Virus record (IMG/VR): IMGVR_UViG_3300042197_002762
Location: 1-64,000 of that record
DNA from: a virus
Strand: one strand, 5' to 3'
Length of the DNA: 64,000 nt
Shown here: positions 17,802 to 26,082 of the stretch, piece after piece
Layout of the letters: the number at the start of each line of letters is the position of its first letter
How positions within the stretch are numbered: the first letter of the stretch is position 1
The notes under the pieces: generated by a model
The model's database searches: none
What the model was told of the DNA's origin: nothing
What the model saw: the letters and a program-made list of their open reading frames with translations, nothing else
Program-made: the position numbers and the translations under genes

Positions 17802-20045
17802 TTATACTCCAGCGAGCATGAAGTCGCGGGTCGTAATGTAATCCAAGCAAGCCTCACGATGCTGCTTGTGATTGTCACGATAGGTCTGAAGGTTGTAGGC
17901 ATCAATCGCTTGCAAGACGCGCATGGCGTGAGCAAGTTTGGTTGCTTTGACTTCCATAGCGTCGAGCTTGGCACTACGTTTGGAACGGACGGCAGTAGTC
18001 TTGATGCCAATGTGACCGCAGATGGAATCAATGCAAGACTTGATCGTGGAGTCATTGGTTTGAGCTTGAAGGCTCAAGACTTCTTCCAGCACACGATGCG
18101 TGTTCGGCGCATTGGTCGCGTTGACCATCTTACGGAGTTCGCCGCGCAAGCATTGGTTCCGTGCGACAAAGTGCGTATGGATTTCGTCAGCATATAGAAC
18201 CTCGCCGCAATTAGATTGAGCTTCAATCTCCTTCAACGCATTGGTGAAGAAAGTTTTGAAGTCCATCACCTTACTGGCTTGAGCTTTCTTTAGAGTAGGG
18301 CCATTCTTGATACCGATGATGGTAGGAACAACGATATCCTTGGTCTTGGTCAAGTCAGCAAGCGTCTTGATCTTGGAGCAGCAAGACATAAGAGCAGTAG
18401 GAGACACTTCGCAACCATTGATCTTGCCCATGAACCGCTCAATCTCAACGTAGCAGTATTTCTTGGGGTCGAGATTCTTGAAGTCAACATCTTCCTCCTG
18501 CCAGTAGTCACTCTTGACCTTGTGATAGGACGAGAGATTTTTGGCATTGGGGTCAATCGAAAACACTTTGCTGGTGTGTTTGCTACGATTCGCCATGAGC
18601 GTGTTGCCATTGGCTTTACGAGTTGCGCGAGGCAGGAGAACCTTGGGCAACGTAGCCATGTCAACAATGTCAGCGTCAATCAGTCCGAGATTGTCCATCT
18701 GACGTTTGCGGTCAGCAGCATTGAGAGGCGTGAACACAATCACCTTGCCATCTTTTTGCAGGAACGGAAAGATGTGGTTGATGACTTGGTTCTGAATCTT
18801 CTTTGTGTTCTCAACGATGGTAATGTCATTGTCGAGCGTCACAAGATGAGTCAGTTCTTCGACCTTGCCACCTTTGACTATGTATGCACCACCGATGTAA
18901 CCTTTGCGCGGAGTATAGAGTCTGAATCCCTTGCTATTGGCAAAGTTGATCGTGAAGTCTTTAATGGTCTTGCCGTTATAATCGTAACCATTCTTACCGC
19001 GCATAGCGTTGCACACAACGTAGTAGGGACTATTGAAGTTGTGCATCTCACCAAGCATACGCTTGAACGACCACAGACTTTGTGCGCCCTTGAGTTGCTT
19101 GCTGATGTCAGCAACGAGGAAGTCACGAATGGCAAGGATACGCTTTTTGAGATTCGCAATCGTGCGATCCGTGTATTGCAAACCTTCACGCGAGGCAGCG
19201 ATGTCGCAGTCACCAATGGCAACGTCGAGTTCGATGTCGCAGTTAGTGAGCAAGCGTTCGATCACCGCTTCGTCGGCATTGTTCTCGTCGAGCTTGAGAG
19301 CATCCGAGCTAATGCGGTAAGCGATGTTACCCATGATGGCAAGGGCTTGACGACCATACGAGTTGCGGTCTGCTTTGAGCAAACGCCAATCGCTACCGCT
19401 ATAAAGAGGATTGCGAGTCTCGTAGGTGAAGTCAGCAGCACCACGGACAACAGGCTTGACCTTGAAGTGCTGGAACAAGTTGCGAGCAGTATTGACGAAA
19501 GTTTCGCAGTCGGCAGGTTTTACTGGAATCACAATTTCAACTCCGTTTGCATCCTTGGTAGGAGCAGACGCGAGTTTAGCGATTTGACCGATCTGCGAGG
19601 GATCAATGTAAGCGTTGTAAGTAGTCTTGATGCCGTTGAGATAGCTATTGATGACAAAGTTGTCACCATAGGCAAAAGCGGACTTACTACCAAGACCTAA
19701 CTGCCCGATGAGGGAGTTACTCTTACGCTTCGTTGATTCACCATAAAAGGCGTAAATCTCTTGAATGTCTTGTTCGGAAAGGCCAATGCCGTAGTCACGA
19801 ATCTTGAGTTCAAGAGAGAGACGAGAAGGAAGCGTGACCTCAATCGGACGATTGTGACCAGCTTCGGTGTGTGCGTCCACAGCGTTGCAGGAATACTCGC
19901 GCAAGACTGCAAGAATCTTGTCGGAATACAACTGGTTGCGGAGGACGTTGAAGATGTGAGCAAGACCTTCCTGCTTGATGCCGAAAGACACCGCGCCTTG
20001 AATACCTTGCGTGACAACATTAGCTTTGGGTTGAGTAACGATCAT
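17802..20045 (-). CDS. rIIA: rIIA-like protein (N-terminal GHKL/Hsp90-type ATPase)
   Basis: LYSDK..AVLREYSCNAVDAH, IRDYGIGL, STKRKSN..IGQLGLGSKS; start moved to ATG 20045 downstream of TTGCCA-N17-TATTCT; adjacent to rIIB. Confidence 0.85.
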   Translation of the reverse strand: MIVTQPKANVVTQGIQGAVSFGIKQEGLAHIFNVLRNQLYSDKILAVLREYSCNAVDAHTEAGHNRPIEVTLPSRLSLELKIRDYGIGLSEQDIQEIYAFYGESTKRKSNSLIGQLGLGSKSAFAYGDNFVINSYLNGIKTTYNAYIDPSQIGQIAKLASAPTKDANGVEIVIPVKPADCETFVNTARNLFQHFKVKPVVRGAADFTYETRNPLYSGSDWRLLKADRNSYGRQALAIMGNIAYRISSDALKLDENNADEAVIERLLTNCDIELDVAIGDCDIAASREGLQYTDRTIANLKKRILAIRDFLVADISKQLKGAQSLWSFKRMLGEMHNFNSPYYVVCNAMRGKNGYDYNGKTIKDFTINFANSKGFRLYTPRKGYIGGAYIVKGGKVEELTHLVTLDNDITIVENTKKIQNQVINHIFPFLQKDGKVIVFTPLNAADRKRQMDNLGLIDADIVDMATLPKVLLPRATRKANGNTLMANRSKHTSKVFSIDPNAKNLSSYHKVKSDYWQEEDVDFKNLDPKKYCYVEIERFMGKINGCEVSPTALMSCCSKIKTLADLTKTKDIVVPTIIGIKNGPTLKKAQASKVMDFKTFFTNALKEIEAQSNCGEVLYADEIHTHFVARNQCLRGELRKMVNATNAPNTHRVLEEVLSLQAQTNDSTIKSCIDSICGHIGIKTTAVRSKRSAKLDAMEVKATKLAHAMRVLQAIDAYNLQTYRDNHKQHREACLDYITTRDFMLAGV

Positions 20046-20116
20046 ATTAGTAGTAGGTTGAGTAATCAGAATAGCAGCATTTGTGTCGCATGGCAAGAGT
20101 TTTTTTGCAAAAAAAT

Positions 20117-20193
20117 GTAAGTGCCTTAAACTCAACGACTTACACGGCGCGGCGGGGCGCGGCGCTGTAAGTGCCTGGAATTGAACAGGTTAC
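20117..20193. repeat. 77-bp element, copy 2
   Basis: GTAAGTGCCT-N7-AACGACTTAC, GC core, GTAAGTGCCT-N7-AACAGGTTAC. Confidence 0.95.
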
Positions 20194-20211
20194 AACAAAC
20201 ACTATTGGAAC

Positions 20212-20251
20212 AAAAAGTTGGGGGTGAGGCCCACCACAAGCCCCACCCCCA
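20212..20251 (-). terminator. intrinsic terminator after rIIB
   Basis: TGGGGGTG...CACCCCCA stem followed by TTTTT on the - strand. Confidence 0.7.
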
Positions 20252-20268
20252 TGTCGCACCACCGACGA

Positions 20269-21117
20269 CTACCGCTTCCGCATGAAGCGACCTTTCGCAT
20301 CCCTCACATTGTAGTAAGGAGTTTCTTCCGCATCGTAGTTGAATGAGGGGGAATAATCCTCATCATCGGAAGTGAACTCCGTGTTGAGCGGTTTCCGATA
20401 AACCTGCTCAAAGTCCTTGACAACCTCGTAGCGAGCAGTCCGCAACTTCTGGCAGTCACAATCTTTCGGAACCGAAACAACATCCGAAGGATTGATCTTG
20501 ACGATCACCAAGCGCGAGTTGCCACCACCGAAGGTTTTAGCATACTCATAGCTACCAGCATGGAAACCATACGAGCAACCAACATCGGCGTCGTCGCAGA
20601 CAGCGTTGCGCGGCATTTCCAAAACCTCGCCAACACCATTGAAGAACTTGCCACTATGATGATCCATGTAATCCTCGCGGACACTCTTGTAGGCCAAGAA
20701 GTCGCCATCTTCACAGATCGGAAGATGCTTGTGTTCAAGGAACTTGTAAAGCTCCGAAACAGCACGACGAGAAGGATTCGCCATGAGTTTCTCAAGGAAC
20801 TTGGCAAGCGGAGCGAACGGCAAACCATCATCCATGAAGTCGAAGATACGATCCACGACATAGTTGTGCAAGGGTTCACCTTGGTAGTAGATCACGCCAT
20901 CGGCAATCTCGATACCGCCGACATTATCGGCATTGAACTTGCGGGTGATAGACTCTGAAACGTCGAACAGGGAGTCGAGCGTGTCAATGTCTCCAGTAGC
21001 GAGGCAAGTAAGAGCCTCGGTGAAAGACGGATGATTACAAGTCATCGTCTTGGGAGTGCCATCAATTACTGCGGTGATGGACTCGTCGGTTTTGATTAGT
21101 GCGTTTAGTGCTTTCAT
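20269..21117 (-). CDS. rIIB: rIIB-like protein
   Basis: LYKFLEH..LPI.EDGDFLAYK.V, MPRN.V.DD...CS.GFH.GS..YA, VKINP.DVVSVP.D...KLR. Confidence 0.88.
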   Translation of the reverse strand: MKALNALIKTDESITAVIDGTPKTMTCNHPSFTEALTCLATGDIDTLDSLFDVSESITRKFNADNVGGIEIADGVIYYQGEPLHNYVVDRIFDFMDDGLPFAPLAKFLEKLMANPSRRAVSELYKFLEHKHLPICEDGDFLAYKSVREDYMDHHSGKFFNGVGEVLEMPRNAVCDDADVGCSYGFHAGSYEYAKTFGGGNSRLVIVKINPSDVVSVPKDCDCQKLRTARYEVVKDFEQVYRKPLNTEFTSDDEDYSPSFNYDAEETPYYNVRDAKGRFMRKR

Positions 21118-21150
21118 CGTTTATTATATTATGCGTTTTTGGTCTGATTG

Positions 21151-21396
21151 TCAAACTGATTTCTTATCCATTTGGAAAGAAAAATGGCGAACACCAACCA
21201 GCGCGAGAATATCGTGGTTGACCTTGGAAGTCTCGCGCAATACTTTCATGTATTTGGTGAAAATTTGTTTTTTGTTAAGTCCAGCGTCCACCATCAAATC
21301 CCAGAGTTGCTTGTGCATGGCCGTGCCGTAGTGAGCAACGGCGAAAGCCAAGTCCTCATAGCGGCGAACAGAGTAGGTGTCTTTGAGAATCTTCAT
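21151..21396 (-). CDS. hypothetical protein
   Basis: 81 aa; coupled to the upstream ORF. Confidence 0.65.
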   Translation of the reverse strand: MKILKDTYSVRRYEDLAFAVAHYGTAMHKQLWDLMVDAGLNKKQIFTKYMKVLRETSKVNHDILALVGVRHFSFQMDKKSV

Positions 21397-21578
21397 TGTA
21401 GGTCTGTGATTTCGATAGCATTGACGATATACTTCTTGACATTCCCGACAATATCGGGAAACTCAATCAAAAGCGTTTGCTTGTTGTCAAGGTAAGTAAT
21501 CATAGGAACCGAATAGCCTTTTTCGCTCTGGTCGAGCTTTTCAGCAATGCGGTAAATGAGGTCGGTGCTATTTTTCAT
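21393..21578 (-). CDS. hypothetical protein (leaderless)
   Basis: TTGACA-N17-TACCTT-N6-ATG. Confidence 0.7.
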   Translation of the reverse strand: MKNSTDLIYRIAEKLDQSEKGYSVPMITYLDNKQTLLIEFPDIVGNVKKYIVNAIEITDLQ

Positions 21579-21621
21579 CCTCTAAAGGTATCGCATTTTG
21601 CGATTGGTGTCAAGTGTTTTT

Positions 21622-21698
21622 GTAAGTGCCTGGGATTCAAATACTTACGCCGCGCCGCCCCGCGCGCAATTGTAAGTCATTCATTACCAAATAGTTAT
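21622..21698. repeat. 77-bp element, copy 3 (abuts the tRNA-Lys 3' end)
   Basis: GTAAGTGCCT-N7-AAATACTTAC, core, GTAAGTCATT-N7-AAATAGTTAT. Confidence 0.9.
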
Positions 21699-21769
21699 GG
21701 AACGGGTGAGGCTCGAACTCACAACCAACGCCTTAAAAGGGCGCTGCTCTACCATTGAGCTACCATTCC
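21698..21769 (-). tRNA. tRNA-Lys(UUU)
   Basis: GCGCC-CTTTTAA-GGCGT anticodon arm, TTCGAGC T-loop. Confidence 0.92.
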
Positions 21770-21777
21770 TCAAATAG

Positions 21778-21850
21778 TGGGGCGAGTAGGATTCGAACCT
21801 ACAACCAATCGATTATGAGCCGACTGCTCTGACCATTGAGCTATCACCCC
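21778..21850 (-). tRNA. tRNA with CAU anticodon (Ile2-like or elongator Met)
   Basis: GTCGG-CTCATAA-TCGAT anticodon arm; lacks the three consecutive G-C pairs of initiator tRNA. Confidence 0.9.
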
Positions 21851-21929
21851 AGAAATTTAATCAGTCCGTAAATAGCAAACGCCCAGACCAAAATAGTTAC
21901 AGGTAAAGCTACAAATAGAACAATAGATT

Positions 21930-22178
21930 TCATAATTCAAAATATGATTGTTGATATTCAGTTTGTTCTACATCGTAGTCTGGAACCCAGATGTTCTCAT
22001 CGTTATGAGAACGACAAGCCAGTAGCAAATCTGTATGTTCCGTGTAGTCGTGATCGTAATACGGCTGCTCGGAATCTTCGTAATCAACGATTTCCCAAGT
22101 CTTGCCATCGTATTTTACATAGTCACCAATGACGAGCATTTCGCCATCGTAGTCAGCGGGGCAGATGTTTTTACTCAT
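21930..22178 (-). CDS. hypothetical acidic protein
   Basis: 82 aa; LVIGDYVKYDGKTWEIV (SH3-like). Confidence 0.7.
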   Translation of the reverse strand: MSKNICPADYDGEMLVIGDYVKYDGKTWEIVDYEDSEQPYYDHDYTEHTDLLLACRSHNDENIWVPDYDVEQTEYQQSYFEL

Positions 22179-22501
22179 AGTTTGAATATTGATTCGGGAT
22201 TAGGATAAACTTTTTTGCGTCTAATGTAAAGCCCCCAAAATTTTAGAGCGCGATCTTCGATTTGACAAAAGAGCTTGCCATGATCTAACGTCCCTCCGTA
22301 GAAGTGGCAAACCTCATGGACAACGTAGTAGATGACGAATTTTTCTCCGTGTTTGAACGCCCACTCTGGAATCGAAAACCACCCCTTCGTGGTATAGGCG
22401 CGACCCCGCTTGTTGGGTGTAATTTTGGCCTTGGGTCTAATGGGGAGTCCGAGGAATCTTGCGGTGAGATTTGCGATGGCTTGGATTTCATTTAGTTTCA
22501 T
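22175..22501 (-). CDS. SprT/zincin-like HExxH metalloprotein
   Basis: YYVVHEVCH...HGKLF. Confidence 0.75.
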   Translation of the reverse strand: MKLNEIQAIANLTARFLGLPIRPKAKITPNKRGRAYTTKGWFSIPEWAFKHGEKFVIYYVVHEVCHFYGGTLDHGKLFCQIEDRALKFWGLYIRRKKVYPNPESIFKL

Positions 22502-22560
22502 GGTGTAGCCTTACAGTATGGGATTTTGCGTGTGCGGTCAAGATATTTTTTCATTAAAAT

Positions 22561-22637
22561 GTAAGTGCCTGGAAACCAACGAGTTATGCCGCGCGGCGGG
22601 GCGCGGCGGCGTAAGTGCCTGGGAATGAACGACTTAC
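22561..22637. repeat. 77-bp element, copy 4
   Basis: GTAAGTGCCT-N7-AACGAGTTAT, core, GTAAGTGCCT-N7-AACGACTTAC. Confidence 0.95.
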
Positions 22638-22659
22638 ATAAAAAAGAATTTTTGCAAAG

Positions 22660-22688
22660 AAAAAACTTGACAGGTTGCCCTGTCAAGT
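22660..22688 (-). terminator. intrinsic terminator after the DUF932 gene
   Basis: CTTGACAGG-GCAA-CCTGTCAAG followed by T6 on the - strand. Confidence 0.85.
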
Positions 22689-22706
22689 CTTTCTGAGTTT
22701 GTTCGC

Positions 22707-23486
22707 TTAGGCGAGGACTGCTTCCGCATCCTCAACCCTCGCCAGCGCAACGCCAGCGAGAGGGTCGAGAAGTCCGTGCAGAGAGTCGCTCCGCTTGGGC
22801 AGTGCCAGCACGTTGCCGCGCATGACGTTGGTGAACGAGTTGTGCAAGCCCCACAGGTTGCGTTGCTCTGACCACTCGGCGTGTTCAGGGGTGTGCCACT
22901 GGTCGAGAACGTCCGCCAGTGCCGTCTTGCTGACCGCGCCAACGCGATACGCTTTGGCGATGAGGTCATGCGCCTCAAGGTCGTTGATCGAGCGAGCCTG
23001 ATAAGCCTCGATGCGCTTGGCGTTGTTGCCCCAAGTGTTCAGCAGTTTGCCGAACGCACCGGACAGGAGCATGGGCAGGTCGCGCATGATGAACTTGGTG
23101 TGGCGACGAGCGATCTTGATCTCGTTGTGGAAGGCGAGATTGTCGCAGACGAACGGAGCCGAACCAGCGTTGATGCCAGCAGGGAACGATTTGTCGTGCG
23201 AGTTACGCAGACCGATCACAGTGCCGATGTTCTCCTCTTGCGAGAAGTTGGGGATTCCCGCGACTTGGAACAAGCCGAAGTAGCGGAGACCATTGCGAGC
23301 AAGGGCGTGAGCCTCTTGCGTGATGCTGAGACCAGCGTTGATCACAACCTCGCGCAGACGCTCGACGAGAGCGAAGTGCGGGATGGGCATCCACGTTTCC
23401 GTGGGCGCAGGAGTTGCGATTTGCTGAACTTCAGTGGATTCCACGGCGTGACCGCCGCAGTGCAGTGTTAGGTTTAGGTTTCTCAT
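22707..23486 (-). CDS. DUF932-family protein
   Basis: ETWMPIPH..LVE, GLRYFG, IGLRNSHDKS, FVCDNLAF, LWGLHNSFT. Confidence 0.8.
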   Translation of the reverse strand: MRNLNLTLHCGGHAVESTEVQQIATPAPTETWMPIPHFALVERLREVVINAGLSITQEAHALARNGLRYFGLFQVAGIPNFSQEENIGTVIGLRNSHDKSFPAGINAGSAPFVCDNLAFHNEIKIARRHTKFIMRDLPMLLSGAFGKLLNTWGNNAKRIEAYQARSINDLEAHDLIAKAYRVGAVSKTALADVLDQWHTPEHAEWSEQRNLWGLHNSFTNVMRGNVLALPKRSDSLHGLLDPLAGVALARVEDAEAVLA

Positions 23487-23573
23487 ACTTCATAAGAATA
23501 CGTTGTTTTGCGTGACAGTGCAAGCGGTTTTTTTGAATTTGATTGAAAATATTTTTATGCCTTTCGGCAAAAC

Positions 23574-23589
23574 TTGGCACGGTTCTTGA
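23574..23589 (+). promoter_or_regulatory. sigma54-like -24/-12 box upstream of element copy 5
   Basis: TTGGCACG-GTTC-TTGA; the GG is 26 bp before the element start. Confidence 0.55.
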
Positions 23590-23601
23590 ATGTGAAAAGT
23601 C

Positions 23602-23678
23602 GTAAGGCGTTGATTTTCAACGACTTACGCGGCGCGGCGGGGCGCGCCCTCGTAACCCCATGATTACGAGGGCTTTAC
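23602..23678. repeat. 77-bp element, copy 5
   Basis: GTAAGGCGTT-N7-AACGACTTAC, core, GTAACCCCAT-N7-AGGGCTTTAC. Confidence 0.95.
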
Positions 23679-23680
23679 GC

Positions 23681-23851
23681 CTATTTGAGGAATTTTGCGA
23701 CTTGGATTCGGTTGGCCTTCTTCAGTAGGTCAGTGCGACCCAAGAAACCAGCTTTCTTCCGGCGCGACAAGACAGAGACAACACCAACTTCCTTGCGGAA
23801 GCGAACAGTCTCGCCCTTGTAGTTGTAGATAGCACCTTCGATGAGTTTCAT
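23681..23851 (-). CDS. small basic hypothetical protein (56 aa)
   Basis: MKLIEGAIYNYKGETVRF...; start reassigned; GGAGG-like AGGAGG upstream. Confidence 0.65.
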   Translation of the reverse strand: MKLIEGAIYNYKGETVRFRKEVGVVSVLSRRKKAGFLGRTDLLKKANRIQVAKFLK

Positions 23852-23867
23852 TATATTTTCCTCCTTT

Positions 23868-24092
23868 CTATTCTTCGTCATCCCCAAACATGGAGTCCCA
23901 CTCTTGGGGAGTGATACCCGTTTTGATGAACTCACGTTCACCAGCGGACAGCATGGGGAAAGCGTCTTGGATGAGCATCCCCGTTTGCCACAGGGTTGCA
24001 CGTTTCCCATACTCCTTGGGGGGGAGAGGGATTTCCATCTGGTTGACTTTGCCAGTGAAGGGAGAACGACGAGTGATAGTGATTTTGTTCAT
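23868..24092 (-). CDS. hypothetical phage protein (leaderless)
   Basis: LIQDAFPMLSAGEREFIKTGITPQEWD; TTGCAA-N17-TACATT-N6-ATG. Confidence 0.8.
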   Translation of the reverse strand: MNKITITRRSPFTGKVNQMEIPLPPKEYGKRATLWQTGMLIQDAFPMLSAGEREFIKTGITPQEWDSMFGDDEE

Positions 24093-24130
24093 ATTGCTAA
24101 TGTATGGGATTTTGAGAAGGATTGCAAGGA

Positions 24131-24856
24131 TTATTTTTCAAAAACATACGACCAGTAGCGCGAATCCTGCTTGTCTTGAATCGCGTCCCAATAGAGACAC
24201 CGAGCGATGTAGCAAGGAACATCGTAGGCGCGGCACATACTAATCCAATGCGCTTCGATGTTATCGTAATGTTTTTCGTCTTTAGTTTGGTCGAGTCCGT
24301 AGGCTTGGAACATATGAGTGTCCATGCAGACAACCTCGCACTTGTCGGGATGCATCATTTCCAGAGAGAAGGAAACTTTTGCTTTGCCAAGACCAAGCAC
24401 TTCACCAACAAGCTCGTCACGATGGCCGCGCCAATCGGCGGGAGCGTGAGAGTATTTCGGAATATCTTTCCAGAACTTTTGCTGGAACTGCCACACAAAC
24501 TTTGTGCGATTGTTGTGCAAGCCAACGCCGCTATGCTTGAGCTTGTTGAGAAGAACTTGCTGGTCATGCCACCAATCGAGAGTCTTGATGGCGTTGTAAC
24601 CATTGACGTTGGACTTCCAACTGGTATGGACTGACATAAAAGCAAACAGCCAACGCAACATGGAGTCTTGCGTTCCCTTGGGCGCGATGGAATTCCAGTA
24701 GTTGGTGTATGACACAATGCGCGAGTGGTCGAGAGTGTCAAAGAATTTCTCAACGCGAACGTATTGCGGATTGCGCGTAGGCTTGAGTTCAAGCTCTGGC
24801 TGCACAAGAGCATCAGAGGAGCAACGCATAGGGAGAGGCAGTTGTGTGGTGATCAT
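24131..24856 (-). CDS. HhH-GPD superfamily N-glycosylase/DNA lyase (Ogg-like)
   Basis: RDELVGEVLGLGKAKVSF helix-hairpin-helix followed by CMDTHM (catalytic Asp position). Confidence 0.75.
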   Translation of the reverse strand: MITTQLPLPMRCSSDALVQPELELKPTRNPQYVRVEKFFDTLDHSRIVSYTNYWNSIAPKGTQDSMLRWLFAFMSVHTSWKSNVNGYNAIKTLDWWHDQQVLLNKLKHSGVGLHNNRTKFVWQFQQKFWKDIPKYSHAPADWRGHRDELVGEVLGLGKAKVSFSLEMMHPDKCEVVCMDTHMFQAYGLDQTKDEKHYDNIEAHWISMCRAYDVPCYIARCLYWDAIQDKQDSRYWSYVFEK

Positions 24857-24908
24857 GTTCCAAGGATAGCCCTATTTGAAAATTTTGTCAACTGGTTTTT
24901 TATAATTT

Positions 24909-24985
24909 GTAAGTGCCTGGAAATGAACGACTTACACGGCGCGGCGGGGCGCGGCGCTGTAAGTGCTTGATAATGAGCACCTTGC
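24909..24985. repeat. 77-bp element, copy 6 (right arm overlaps the tRNA-Cys 3' end)
   Basis: GTAAGTGCCT-N7-AACGACTTAC, core, GTAAGTGCTT-N7-AGCACCTTGC. Confidence 0.93.
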
Positions 24986-25047
24986 TGGATTCGAACCAGC
25001 GTATAAGAGTTTTGCAGACTCTGGCCTTACCACTTGGCGAAAGGTGC
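24976..25047 (-). tRNA. tRNA-Cys(GCA)
   Basis: GCACCTT acceptor stem, AGAGT-CTGCAAA-ACTCT anticodon arm, TTCGAAT T-loop. Confidence 0.92.
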
Positions 25048-25818
25048 GAAAGTGTTCGGCTGCTCATACTTCCCTCCGTCAACAACCCTTTACGGCCTCG
25101 GGTGGGGCGAATGTGTTGCCACACTCGCAAGCTAACGCGCACCGAACGCGGGTCATGGCGACCATCCTCCTTTGCGGTAATCACTCCGCTTCTTTGGCCC
25201 AAGGATAGGCATCGTGCGTTGATTAGACGCTAGTATGTGTAGATGGCCCTAGACTATAACGGCTTCGGCTTACGTTGCACAACTTTCTTTCTAGACTATG
25301 TTGAGCAAACCATCAAATTATAAAAATGGTGATAGGGAGGCCAGAACTCCCTACCTATGACTCCGTGCCTTCTGGCGGCACCGACATCAAATTGCCTTTC
25401 GGCAACTAGCCCACAAGTTGAACGGAGATGTATCCGCCAGAGCTTGGGAGAATTTCTGAGCTGGAAGTTAATTCTTCTATTTTTGTCTTACGCGTATCCC
25501 ACCCTTCGGGGATGGGTCAGCTCAAATTGATTTCAGCCTCGGAGGGTTTTGTGTAGGACGACAGACCCTTACTTCTGTCCTTCTTTTATTCCGATACTTT
25601 ATTCGGGCTTGTTTTGCAAATTGTAAAAGAACTGCCCAGAGTTGTGATCGATCACAGCTTTATGACTCTTACGAGAGCAATGGGGTCTGGGCGACTCCCT
25701 ATGTTTTTATCTGCCTCGGCGGATGTTTGATTTTCGCTTTCGCGCCACCGCAAAGATCCGGTTAACTTTGCATCTTTTATTTCCGATATTGATTGTCGGG
25801 CAGATTTATTTTTGTGGC
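25048..25818 (-). ncRNA. candidate large structured ncRNA or array of ncRNAs (family unassigned)
   Basis: ~770 nt with no credible ORF; many stems, GNRA loops on the - strand (GAAA, GTAA), complementary loop pairs and a duplicated pseudoknot motif. Confidence 0.7.
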
Positions 25819-26082
25819 TTACGCCACAGATTTTCCAAAGAGCGATACGACTTCCCTATCAACGATCTCGTCGAAGCGGAACCTACGAACACCTTTGCCG
25901 AAGCAGTAGGCGGTGATTCCATTAGCGAACCCATCGAAGGGACGAGAAACGTAGTAGGTATGAACCTCATTGTTTCCGTGATCGGTGTAAGGCCGATATT
26001 TCAGACGATACACAGGATTGGTGAACTGGCCCAGCTTGGAGTCAGCGATTGCGAGTTTGACTTTATTTAGTAGTGCTTTCAT
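25819..26082 (-). CDS. stand-alone WYL-domain protein (87 aa, leaderless)
   Basis: YRLKY...V.RP...ITAYCFGKGVRRFRFDEI resembles the WYL AYC..R..R.FR.DRI motif; TTGACT-N17-TATTCT-N6-ATG. Confidence 0.65.
   Translation of the reverse strand: MKALLNKVKLAIADSKLGQFTNPVYRLKYRPYTDHGNNEVHTYYVSRPFDGFANGITAYCFGKGVRRFRFDEIVDREVVSLFGKSVA

Noticed and set aside
18522-19700. 392-aa + strand ORF and other long antisense ORFs (20560-20958, 22881-23471, 24122-24634, 11394-12035, 1389-1937)
   Set aside because: They are shadow frames opposite well-supported genes with biased codon use; they have no motifs or promoters.
24900-25233. ORFs 24900-25202, 24913-25233 and 24963-25208
   Set aside because: They overlap tRNA-Cys, element copy 6 and the structured RNA; their Arg/Ala/Ser-rich composition is typical of non-coding GC DNA.
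25327-25818. tmRNA or RNase P RNA as the identity of the ncRNA locus
   Set aside because: It has a CCA end but no TTCRA T-loop, no GGGGCTG-type 5' acceptor, and no GAGGAAAGUCC RNase P signature.
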